Below, piece after piece: positions 30,979-40,231 of a stretch of 64,000 bases of DNA. How positions within the stretch are numbered: position 1 is the first letter of the stretch; every line of letters begins with the position of its first letter. The stretch is from Ignavibacteriota bacterium (lineage in GTDB: Bacteria; Bacteroidota; Ignavibacteria; UBA10030). The position numbers were made by a program, and so were the translations under genes. The notes below the pieces were generated by a model, which made no database searches, was not told the DNA's origin, and saw nothing but the letters and a program-made list of their open reading frames with translations. Location: the NCBI GenBank assembly GCA_963701295.1, contig OY969585.1, positions 96,001 to 160,000 on the forward strand, in the 5' to 3' direction.

Positions 30979-31635
30979 CTACAAAACTGTTTTATATTCG
31001 ATTGCGAATTTAAGGAGGGAATGACTTCCGTGGATTTCAAGCTTGTTGCAGATGTTGGTTCGATGATTCTCGACGGTCCGATAACTGATATGTAAATCAT
31101 CTCCGATTTCTTTACTCGTTTTGTTTCCCGAGATGAGGCGTAGTACTTTGCGTTCGGTGGGTGTGAGGTTCTCCAACTGAGGTTTCTTCTTGAGCAGTGA
31201 ACGGACGTAATCACTTCTGCTGACGAGGTATTCTGAAATAGACGGACTAAGGTAGTACCGTCCAGTTGCAACAGTCTTAATAGCGGCGACGATATCACTT
31301 ACTGCGCTATCCTTCAACACATACCCTTTCACTCCAAGATCCATCGCTTCGTTGAACATATCTTCTTCTTTGTACATCGTTAAAAGGACAATGTGAGACG
31401 GGAGATGTCGTTTGATGATTTCCCCTGCGACCTGAAGGCCAGTTAATCCCGGCATTTCAATATCTAGCACGATAACATCCGGCTTGAGTTTTTCTGTAAG
31501 ATACAGTGCTTGTTGTCCGTCCCCCGCTTCACCGATGATTTCTATGGAACGTTCTGATCCAATTGCTAAGAGCAGGCCTTTGCGAAATATCGGATGATCA
31601 TCTGCAATGATGATTCGTAATTTAGTTTTCGCCAT
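30979..31635 (-). CDS. NarL/FixJ-family response regulator (REC + LuxR HTH)
   Basis: IIADDHPIFRKG, VLDIEMP, GYVLKD, LTPTERKVL...TSKEIG...SYRTVENHRTNICNKL. Confidence 0.93.
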   Translation of the reverse strand: MAKTKLRIIIADDHPIFRKGLLLAIGSERSIEIIGEAGDGQQALYLTEKLKPDVIVLDIEMPGLTGLQVAGEIIKRHLPSHIVLLTMYKEEDMFNEAMDLGVKGYVLKDSAVSDIVAAIKTVATGRYYLSPSISEYLVSRSDYVRSLLKKKPQLENLTPTERKVLRLISGNKTSKEIGDDLHISYRTVENHRTNICNKLEIHGSHSLLKFAIEYKTVL

Positions 31636-32425
31636 CTATTCTATCGTACGTTTTTATTGTTATTAATACTCTGGTTCCTTTTCCAAGGTTCGATTCAATT
31701 CTCATCGTTCCTCCAATAAACCGAGTACGTTCTGCAATTCCCTGCAAACCTATCCCGCGTTCATTTTGAGTTCGCTGCAGTGAAACATTAAATCCGGTAC
31801 CGTTATCTTCTACGTCAATATTCAGCCGATTATACCATCGCTTGATGGTAACTTTTCCGGCAGTTGCATTCGCATGTTTGATGATATTGTTGACGCATTC
31901 CTGTATAATTCTATAGACATGAATTTCCATTTCTTTTGGAATAAGATTATCAATGGGATCGATATCTGATGTAAAGGAAATCGTCGTCGTCTGCGCTGCT
32001 CTATTGATAATCGATTCGAGCGACTTCTTTAATCCTAATCTATCAATCTGGTAGGGACGAAGATTATTTGTGATCTCTCTGGTTTCTTGAATTGCCTGCG
32101 ATGCTGTATGAGAAATCTCATCGAGTTGTTCTCGCACTTTTTTCTTGTTCTTCAGATCACTTAATGCCAACAATGCCCTGTTCTTAATGATGAGAAGCTC
32201 CTGGCCAATGCTGTCGTGCAATTCAGTAGCTATGCGTTTTCGTTCTGCTTCCATCGAATCAATTAATTGGCGCGTAAATACATTTTGTTCATGTAAGGAA
32301 CGGCGACGATGCTTTCGCTGAAAATAGAATAAATATCCAATCAGCGCGAGAATACAAAGCAGAATGATCTGGAAATATAACGTTTCCCAAATTGGTGGTT
32401 GATCTGCAAAAAAACCTGTTTTCAT
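31622..32425 (-). CDS. HisKA_3 histidine kinase with a single TM and no sensor domain
   Basis: PPIWETLYF TM, ERKRIATELHDSIGQ, YRIIQECVNNIIKHA, EDNGTGF, GIGLQGIAER. Start uncertain (ATG 32425 or TTG 32482). Confidence 0.88.
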   Translation of the reverse strand: MKTGFFADQPPIWETLYFQIILLCILALIGYLFYFQRKHRRRSLHEQNVFTRQLIDSMEAERKRIATELHDSIGQELLIIKNRALLALSDLKNKKKVREQLDEISHTASQAIQETREITNNLRPYQIDRLGLKKSLESIINRAAQTTTISFTSDIDPIDNLIPKEMEIHVYRIIQECVNNIIKHANATAGKVTIKRWYNRLNIDVEDNGTGFNVSLQRTQNERGIGLQGIAERTRFIGGTMRIESNLGKGTRVLITIKTYDRIDGEN

Positions 32426-32688
32426 GAAGTCTAATTGAATAATGATCTCCTCCCCATAGAAATAATCAAAAAGATAAAACAACTCTTTTCACAAACATAG
32501 TACGAGAAAAACGTAGGAGTGTCAAGAAAGGGATTGAGAGAAAAGGAAGACTCTTCTTAAACAACCGTTGAAGACATCATCGCTTTGTTGTATATTGAAA
32601 GTAAGATTTAAGAAATACGATATGAGACCTTATTTGCTCTCTATCTGAAATCTCTCATTCTCAACCACGAAAAAAGATTATATTGCCG

Positions 32689-34701
32689 ATGTCGTTCCAG
32701 CTCATCTCAGACCTCACTCCTTCCGGCGATCAACCAGAAGCAATTCGACAGCTTGTTGAGGGGATAGAACGCGGCGACCGGCATCAGACGCTGCTCGGCG
32801 TTACTGGCAGCGGAAAAACCTTTACTATTTCGAATGTCATCACGCACATCGATAAACCCGTGCTCGTGATGTCTCACAACAAGACACTCGCAGCGCAACT
32901 ATATGCCGAGTTTAAAAGTTTCTTCCCCAATAATCGCGTCGAGTTCTTCATCAGCTATTACGATTATTATCAGCCGGAAGCATACATCCCGACCACCGAT
33001 ACTTACATCGCCAAAGATTCTTCGGTAAACGATGAAATTGACCGTCTGCGATTGCGTGCAACGAGTGCCTTGCTCAGCGGCGATCCCAATGTTATCGTCG
33101 TTGCTTCAATCAGTTGTATTTACGGTATTGGCGCACCTGATGAATGGATCAGCCAGACATTAACGCTGAAAAAAGGAGATCATCTCGGCCGTCAAGGACT
33201 ACTCAAACGACTTATCGACTTATTGTATATACGGAACGACTATGAGTTTGCTCGCGGGACATTTCGTGTGCGAGGTGATGTGGTAGAAGTTATCCCCAGC
33301 TATGAAAATGAAGAGGCAATACGAATCGAATTTTTCGGTGATGAAATTGAGCGTATCTCGTACATCAATAAAGTGGATGGCCGAGTTGTCGGAGAAGCTG
33401 ATTTTGAAATGATTTATCCTGCCAAACAATTCATTACGTCGCGTGAAACCATTGAGCGGGCGATGGATGGCATCTATACGGAATTGCGTGAGAGAACAAC
33501 TGAACTCCGTTTTCTCGGGAAACTCGTCGAAGCACAACGAATTGAACAACGAACACGGTTTGACATGGAAATGCTGCGCGAAGTCGGTTATTGTTCAGGC
33601 ATTGAAAATTATTCACGCCATTTCGCAGGCAGGCCGCAGGGTTCACGTCCATCATGTTTGTTGGATTATTTCCCGAAAGATTTTCTTACCATTATTGACG
33701 AATCACATGTTTCTGTACCGCAAATCGGCGGCATGTATGCCGGTGATCGTTCGCGGAAAACGACCCTCGTGGAGTACGGATTCCGACTCCCATCAGCGCT
33801 CGATAATCGACCATTGACATTCGATGAATGGGAAGCGATGGAGAAACAAATCATTTTTGTCAGCGCAACGCCGGGACCATACGAACTGCAGAAATGCCAA
33901 GGCATCTTTGTGGAACAAGTTATCCGCCCCACCGGCCTGATTGATCCAGATGTCGAAGTTCGTCCAAGCAAACACCAGATTGACGATTTGATTGCTGAGA
34001 TTCGGACACGCACGGCACGAAAGGAACGCACATTGGTAACTACCTTAACAAAGCGTATGGCTGAAGACCTGACAGAATACCTAACGAATATTGGAATCAG
34101 AGTCCGTTATATCCATTCGGAAGTGGATGCATTGGAACGCGTGGAAACACTGCGTGATTTGAGATTGGGCGAGTTCGATGTTCTTGTGGGTGTGAATTTG
34201 CTTCGGGAAGGGCTCGATTTACCAGAAGTTTCTCTGGTTGCCATTATTGATGCGGACAAAGAAGGATTCCTTCGATCCGAACGCTCGCTCATCCAAACTG
34301 CAGGCCGCACAGCACGCAACGTTAACGGCAAAGTTATTCTCTATGCAGATAGAATGACCGGGTCAATGGAACGAATGATCAGTGAAACAAATCGTCGTCG
34401 CACAAAACAAATCGATTACAATACGAAGCATGATATCACACCTGTTACGATTTATAAGACGGTAGAGGAAATTCTCGCCGCTACATCCATTGCCGATGTG
34501 AAGATGAAACGGGAAGAACGTGATCAGAAATCCAAACCTCTGGCCATTGCCGAGACAGTAGCAAAGTACCTCACAAGCGACCAGAAGAAAGATCTGCTGA
34601 ATGAATTAAAAGCGGAGATGAAACGGGCGGCAAAAGATTTGGAATTCGAACGTGCCGCGGAATTACGGGACGAAATTGAAAAGTTGGAAAAGAAAAGCTA
34701 A
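32689..34701 (+). CDS. uvrB: Excinuclease ABC subunit B
   Basis: [47 protein letters not shown]-terminal UVR domain. Confidence 0.98.
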   Translation: MSFQLISDLTPSGDQPEAIRQLVEGIERGDRHQTLLGVTGSGKTFTISNVITHIDKPVLVMSHNKTLAAQLYAEFKSFFPNNRVEFFISYYDYYQPEAYIPTTDTYIAKDSSVNDEIDRLRLRATSALLSGDPNVIVVASISCIYGIGAPDEWISQTLTLKKGDHLGRQGLLKRLIDLLYIRNDYEFARGTFRVRGDVVEVIPSYENEEAIRIEFFGDEIERISYINKVDGRVVGEADFEMIYPAKQFITSRETIERAMDGIYTELRERTTELRFLGKLVEAQRIEQRTRFDMEMLREVGYCSGIENYSRHFAGRPQGSRPSCLLDYFPKDFLTIIDESHVSVPQIGGMYAGDRSRKTTLVEYGFRLPSALDNRPLTFDEWEAMEKQIIFVSATPGPYELQKCQGIFVEQVIRPTGLIDPDVEVRPSKHQIDDLIAEIRTRTARKERTLVTTLTKRMAEDLTEYLTNIGIRVRYIHSEVDALERVETLRDLRLGEFDVLVGVNLLREGLDLPEVSLVAIIDADKEGFLRSERSLIQTAGRTARNVNGKVILYADRMTGSMERMISETNRRRTKQIDYNTKHDITPVTIYKTVEEILAATSIADVKMKREERDQKSKPLAIAETVAKYLTSDQKKDLLNELKAEMKRAAKDLEFERAAELRDEIEKLEKKS

Positions 34702-34877
34702 CCGAGTCTGGAAAAGGAAGAGGCGAAGAAATTTAGTACATTTGTAAAGAAGAATTACTGATATCTCTTCTACAGCTTACGAGGCCGCCATGCAAACCTA
34801 AACACAGAGAGCAGCATTCATCCGTTTGTTCGACATTTTTTTCAGCAGCGCGCCATAAAACATAACATTTAATAATT

Positions 34878-35576
34878 TTGACCGTTACCACGTCGATATT
34901 AAATATTTTCCTTGATTTCATTTACCCACCAGTGTGTATCTCTTGCAATACGCCTTTACCGGATGGGAGCAAGAAGATCTGCCAGAATTGTTGGAGTGCC
35001 ATTCCTGTTCTTACCAAAGAGCATTCTCTCTATCAGCAAACCCGTTCCAAACTCATTGCCGAAGGTTGTATTGACGATCTTATTTCTTGTTACGTATTCG
35101 AAAGAGAAGGACCGTTTCAACACATTGCACATGCACTGAAGTATCAAGAGTATAAATCATTTGGAGTAGAATTGGGGAAGCAGATCGGTGGATTGGTCCA
35201 GGATTGGAATGTAGAAACCGATATTATCATTCCAGTACCGCTGCATCGAATCAAACATCGTGAACGCGGTTATAATCAGTCTGAATTTATTGCACAAGGC
35301 ATTGCTTCGATCATCGGCAAACCAATAATAGTGAATGCAATTCGTCGAACACGCCACACACAGACGCAGACTACATTGAATCTCGAAGAACGTTATAAGA
35401 ATATGAAAGACGCGTTTAAAACTTTACCGGGTGCTTCCAAAAAGTTTTATGGAAGAACTTGTCTTTTGGTAGATGATATTATCACCTCTGGAGCAACAAC
35501 GAATTCCTGTGCCAAGGAAATCCTTGCGGCAGGTGCCAAGTCTATCATTGCCGCTTCTGCGGCTCTTGCAAAATAG
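34878..35576 (+). CDS. comF: ComF-family phosphoribosyltransferase-like protein
   Basis: YPPVCISC...CQNC, PVPLH...RERGYNQS, LLVDDIITSGAT. Confidence 0.88.
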   Translation: MTVTTSILNIFLDFIYPPVCISCNTPLPDGSKKICQNCWSAIPVLTKEHSLYQQTRSKLIAEGCIDDLISCYVFEREGPFQHIAHALKYQEYKSFGVELGKQIGGLVQDWNVETDIIIPVPLHRIKHRERGYNQSEFIAQGIASIIGKPIIVNAIRRTRHTQTQTTLNLEERYKNMKDAFKTLPGASKKFYGRTCLLVDDIITSGATTNSCAKEILAAGAKSIIAASAALAK

Positions 35577-35775
35577 TTTCCGTATTGTTCAGCACATTCT
35601 TATAAGAGTAAATCACTTTTGAAATGTATAAATCAATTCATTTTCTTGAATTTCCATTAAAAGACGTTACTTTTTCTTCTTTGTAAAAAATTATATGTGA
35701 CAGAGGACACATTTTTTAAAGACGAACGTTATGATATTTGTCCCGTATCACATTGTAGTGTGAAGGAATAATACA

Positions 35776-36903
35776 ATGACAAAGCCAAACATTCAACAAG
35801 AACAACCGATGACATATCAAGTAAACCCTTCTCGGAATGATTCAATAAAATTAGTAAGCGAAATTCTTAAACGGACAAACCAATTAATTCAAAAAGGTGA
35901 CTTTGATCGCGCACAAGGAGAATTGTTGCTTGCGAATCGGACAGCAAAAGGACAGTATAGAACACCTCCTTTTTCTTCATCAGTTAATGATAATTTTGTT
36001 GTACCTCAAACATTACATGCACCACTGCCGTTAGCGCCCATGGAAGCGATGATGGCTGTAATTTCATCCTCAAAACAAACCGACGACGTTCTGCCTCGGG
36101 CAACAATACAAACCCCAGAAGCTCTATCCGAGAAACCACAGGTTCCTTTTCCAGAACAAACCAACGATCGAAGCGTTGAGTTCAAATGCTATCGCGAAGC
36201 ACTTGCAAAAGCATGGTGTGATGGAGCGCTAACAGATGATGAAGAGCGGCATTTACAGGAATTACGGACCGTGTTAGAGATTTTAGATGTTGAACATAAA
36301 ATGTTTGAGAAGGAAATTAAGTATTCATGTTATAAAGAAGCTTTCGCCAAGTTTATATCCAACGGTTCGGCCGCTTTAGTAGACACAAAATCAATCTCCG
36401 ATCTTCAAAAAGCATTCCATGTCTCGCAGGAGGAGCATATGAAGATTTTAGGCCACTCCATGCAAATAAAGCAACAGAAACAGCGTGATAAAATTCTTAT
36501 CATTGACGATGACGATGAGTTCTTGAATCTGCTATCCAGCTCAATGACGGAAGACGGATTTGATGTCATTGCTGTGGAGACATCCGATGAAGCCTATATG
36601 CTTTTACACAAATGCATTCCCGATCTCATTTTGTGCGACATCAATCTTAAGACCTCAACAATGAATGGATTCGTTCTTTACGAAAAAGTCCAAGCGAATA
36701 AATATCTTCAAAACATTCCTTTCGTTTTCCTAACGGGACTTACGGATGAAAAGTTAGCTTGGACAGGAAAAGAACTCGGCGCCGATGACTACTTATTAAA
36801 GCCAATTTCCAGGCATACGCTTCTTTCTACACTTCACGGCAGATTAAAACGCTTTAGGCAACTCAGAGGCTTCTCTTCAACCCCTACACCAGCGTTTTGC
36901 TGA
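35776..36903 (+). CDS. Response regulator with TerB-like helical repeats and a C-terminal REC domain (paralogue 1)
   Basis: AWCDGALTDDEERHLQELR, ILIIDDD, PDLILCDINL, FLTG, DYLLKP. Confidence 0.8.
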   Translation: MTKPNIQQEQPMTYQVNPSRNDSIKLVSEILKRTNQLIQKGDFDRAQGELLLANRTAKGQYRTPPFSSSVNDNFVVPQTLHAPLPLAPMEAMMAVISSSKQTDDVLPRATIQTPEALSEKPQVPFPEQTNDRSVEFKCYREALAKAWCDGALTDDEERHLQELRTVLEILDVEHKMFEKEIKYSCYKEAFAKFISNGSAALVDTKSISDLQKAFHVSQEEHMKILGHSMQIKQQKQRDKILIIDDDDEFLNLLSSSMTEDGFDVIAVETSDEAYMLLHKCIPDLILCDINLKTSTMNGFVLYEKVQANKYLQNIPFVFLTGLTDEKLAWTGKELGADDYLLKPISRHTLLSTLHGRLKRFRQLRGFSSTPTPAFC

Positions 36904-37147
36904 GGAATTTCCACAACAAACGGCCCTTTTAGAAAAGATCGAGTAGATTTTACCTGTTCCTCTCTTTCTGCAAAAATTACTTTTCTACAATCTCTAAGTA
37001 AATTACCTATGAGGGGGTAGCAATCCTTTAAAAAACACCCGAATTCTCCTTGTTTTTGAACCTCTATGCATCCTGATAGATTTAATAGGGCACTGAAAAA
37101 GTCGGAACAGTTATTGTTGGATTAGGCATAAGAGTTAAATAAGGAAT

Positions 37148-38380
37148 ATGAAAATGACTAACCAAAATATACCACAGCAAAATTTTCAATCGATGCACGA
37201 ACTTACACCTCGTGACGACAATAAGAAAATCGTCAGTGAGGTCTTGAAACACGTTGATCAATTGATCCGGAAGGGCGATCTCGATTGTGCACAGAGAGAA
37301 ATTGTTAAAGCCAAAGAACTTGACCCTCGAAACGTCTACGCACTTGCATTGGAAGAACGAATTTCCGCCCTTAAAACAGAGTTCGAATGTACTAAAATAG
37401 AGATTGAATGTACGGAGAATGTAAGACGTCTTGATGATTTCATACAATCGAGCGTTACTTCCAAACATCCTCAATCTGTAGCCGAGACTCTGTCGATGTC
37501 GCCTTTATCGAGACCCGCACCGATAGTCTCAAGTACGACACTCGTTCCATCAGCAGCAACTTTATCATCGCTCCCATTCAATAAATCATCAGATATGATG
37601 ATGAAAGACTATGAACCACAGCAAGAGCGTGCTGTTGATCGGAGTATTGAGTTGGAATCTTATCGCAAGACACTTGCTGAGATGTGGTATGATGGGGCAT
37701 TGACAGCAGATGAAAAGCGCCGTTTAAATGAGTTACGGACATTGCTGGAAATTACAGAGGCTGAACATGAGGGAATCGAAAAGAATGTGAAACGAGAATG
37801 CTACAAGAGTGTTATTATTCGGCAATTATCGAATAATCCAATTTCTTTATCCGATGCAAAATCTCTTTCTGATCTACAAAGTACATTTCAAATCTCCGAA
37901 GAGGAACATATCCAAATTCAAACGCAGTTGATGAACGTTATTCAACATAAACAGAGGAACAAGATTCTCGTCATTGACGATGACACACGGCTTTTAGAAT
38001 TGCTTGAATCATCGTTGGAAGACAATGGGTTCGATGTTACAGCGTTATCAACATCAGACGAGGCATACGCGTTACTCCGAAAGTTTGTGCCTGATCTGAT
38101 TCTCTGTGATATCAATCTTGAGACCTCAACTATGGGCGGTTTTACATTCTATGAGAAAGTACAGGAACTGAAAAATGTTCAAAGTATTCCCTTCGTTTTC
38201 TTATCCGGACTTACAGACGAGGTTCTCGTCCGCACCGGTAAGGAACTTGGAGTGGACGATTATTTGATGAAACCCATTTCTGAACAGACATTAGTCTCAA
38301 CATTACGAGGAAAATTGAAACGCTTTAAGCAACTAAAAAAGGCAGTGGGAAATCCAATGCCAGCAATGGTGGCAGCATAG
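37148..38380 (+). CDS. Response regulator: TPR-like + TerB-like repeats + C-terminal REC (paralogue 2)
   Basis: AQREIVKAKELDPRNVYALALEERI, MWYDGALTADEKRRLNELR, ILVIDDD, PDLILCDINL, DYLMKP. Confidence 0.82.
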   Translation: MKMTNQNIPQQNFQSMHELTPRDDNKKIVSEVLKHVDQLIRKGDLDCAQREIVKAKELDPRNVYALALEERISALKTEFECTKIEIECTENVRRLDDFIQSSVTSKHPQSVAETLSMSPLSRPAPIVSSTTLVPSAATLSSLPFNKSSDMMMKDYEPQQERAVDRSIELESYRKTLAEMWYDGALTADEKRRLNELRTLLEITEAEHEGIEKNVKRECYKSVIIRQLSNNPISLSDAKSLSDLQSTFQISEEEHIQIQTQLMNVIQHKQRNKILVIDDDTRLLELLESSLEDNGFDVTALSTSDEAYALLRKFVPDLILCDINLETSTMGGFTFYEKVQELKNVQSIPFVFLSGLTDEVLVRTGKELGVDDYLMKPISEQTLVSTLRGKLKRFKQLKKAVGNPMPAMVAA

Positions 38381-38514
38381 GGGGCGCTTTCAATCATTGT
38401 TTTAAAAAGTAACAGCCGCGAGACGACAGGATAGATCAGCGCTGAATATTCACAAAACCATCTTGACGAGAAGATATTCCAGCATCGTTCCCCTACTTCA
38501 AGGGATTTCTTTTA

Positions 38515-39426
38515 TTAGTACTTCACTGCTTGCAGTTCTCTCAATAAAACAAATCGTCTGTATAGGACGCACAATATAAGAATTCCGTTCATGAGAAAGA
38601 TGTTGAGATAAAGATACAATTCTAAGCGGTTTAAGACCGAACATAACATCAGTAAAAAAAACTCCGTACCGAAACCAAGTAAGCCGGAGATCCGTAAAGA
38701 AATAATATCAGAATACCACTCTTGGCCCCTTTGACAAGGTTCACAAGAAGAACCTTCTGAAGAATCTCTTGGTTCATTTTCGTGCAACCTTCGGAAGTTC
38801 CTTCCATAACTCCATCGATCAACTCTCTCAATAAGTCGATCTTGCCAACCATAGATACATTGAAAAATCCGCTGAAGAACAAGCTCGACGCCGCCTTCCT
38901 TCAGATCTTCTTCTCGAATTTCTTCGGATATACGATTGCTCGCAAACTGTTTCTGCAAATGGAGAAAGTTCACCTGATAAAATACGTGATAGGATACTCG
39001 AAGCGAAATACCGATAACCCCGACCAAGGCGAGCAACAACATCCACCAATGACCGCCTGATTGATATAAAATCCAACCGATGGCACTGAACACTGCCGCA
39101 TCTACTACAAAGTCACCGATAGAATCCAAAAATCTTCCGACACGGCTGTATTGCTGTTTCGCTCGCGCAAGTTGGCCATCAGCAGAGTCCAGTAAGTCTT
39201 TGAGCGTAACAAGCAGTCCGGCAACAATAAATGCTTCTGGAGTCCCTTTCAAATAGAAAAATGCAGCAACAAGTCCAGCGATTGTTGATGCGATGGTCAC
39301 TTGATTCGGTGTAATAGGTGTATAATAGAGTGCCCAGACGATCAATCCAGCAATGGGACGAAGCAAGTACGTGTTGATAAGTTCGTCTGAGATGTCAGAC
39401 TTGAGAGATTTTCGATAAGAATACAT
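38515..39426 (-). CDS. CDP-alcohol phosphotransferase family protein
   Basis: ITPNQVT and DSADGQLARAKQQYSRVGRFLDSIGD, which matches DxxDGxxAR...GxxxDxxxD. Confidence 0.9.
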   Translation of the reverse strand: MYSYRKSLKSDISDELINTYLLRPIAGLIVWALYYTPITPNQVTIASTIAGLVAAFFYLKGTPEAFIVAGLLVTLKDLLDSADGQLARAKQQYSRVGRFLDSIGDFVVDAAVFSAIGWILYQSGGHWWMLLLALVGVIGISLRVSYHVFYQVNFLHLQKQFASNRISEEIREEDLKEGGVELVLQRIFQCIYGWQDRLIERVDRWSYGRNFRRLHENEPRDSSEGSSCEPCQRGQEWYSDIISLRISGLLGFGTEFFLLMLCSVLNRLELYLYLNIFLMNGILILCVLYRRFVLLRELQAVKY

Positions 39427-39430
39427 TTCA

Positions 39431-40231
39431 TCAAACGATGTTCATTCGTTCCGCAAGTCGGAGATCTTCTACTGTATCTATTTCAATTGCTGAAAATGCA
39501 CTGACATCAATGGCTTTGAGTTGAGTTCCATGGTTAATCATTTCCTGAAATGACGCCTCATAGAATTCTGTTCGCCCCACACCACTCTTAACGCGTTGTT
39601 CGAGAATCGTGAAGAGGTGCGCTGTTGTTTTGGCAGAAAACATTTCGATGCCGATCGACTCTCCATAGGTTTCATTGAGTGGCGTCTCTTTGCCAATCAA
39701 TACAATATTCCCATAGCCATCTATCTTTACTCGAATTTCTTCTTCACTATGTTCACCAGACACGCGAACAGCAACGCAATCTTGCGAATGCTTGCTCAGA
39801 AACAACGGCAGCAATTCTGACGAAAAAAGAATATCGCTGTCAAGTAGAATTAAGCCAGAAGACACATAGCCTTCTTTATTCTCAAGAAATTTTCTTGCAA
39901 GGAGAAGCGAGTAAGCGTTATCTGTTTCAGCATAATCCGGATTGAGGATAAAGCGAATATGTATTTGCGGAAAATGCCGTTTGACAAATTCCCGAATCAT
40001 CTTTCCCCGGTAGCCGATAACGATAGCAATTTCTTTGACACCGGCATGAAGAACATTTTCGATGGCTCGTTCAAGTAGTACCCCTCCGCCGACTTCCAGC
40101 AAACACTTCGGTTTTGAATCCGTCAATGGGCGCAAACGCGTGGAAACGCCGGCAGCAAGGATGATGCAGCGAGGGAGCTGCGATTTTGTGATTGAATGAT
40201 TTAGGGATTGATAATTGATCATTTCAATCAA
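39431..40231 (-). CDS. LicC/IPCT-like cytidylyltransferase (NTP transferase)
   Basis: ILAAGVSTRLRPLTDSKPKCLL, NPDYAETDN, EIDTVED. Confidence 0.85.
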   Translation of the reverse strand: MIEMINYQSLNHSITKSQLPRCIILAAGVSTRLRPLTDSKPKCLLEVGGGVLLERAIENVLHAGVKEIAIVIGYRGKMIREFVKRHFPQIHIRFILNPDYAETDNAYSLLLARKFLENKEGYVSSGLILLDSDILFSSELLPLFLSKHSQDCVAVRVSGEHSEEEIRVKIDGYGNIVLIGKETPLNETYGESIGIEMFSAKTTAHLFTILEQRVKSGVGRTEFYEASFQEMINHGTQLKAIDVSAFSAIEIDTVEDLRLAERMNIV

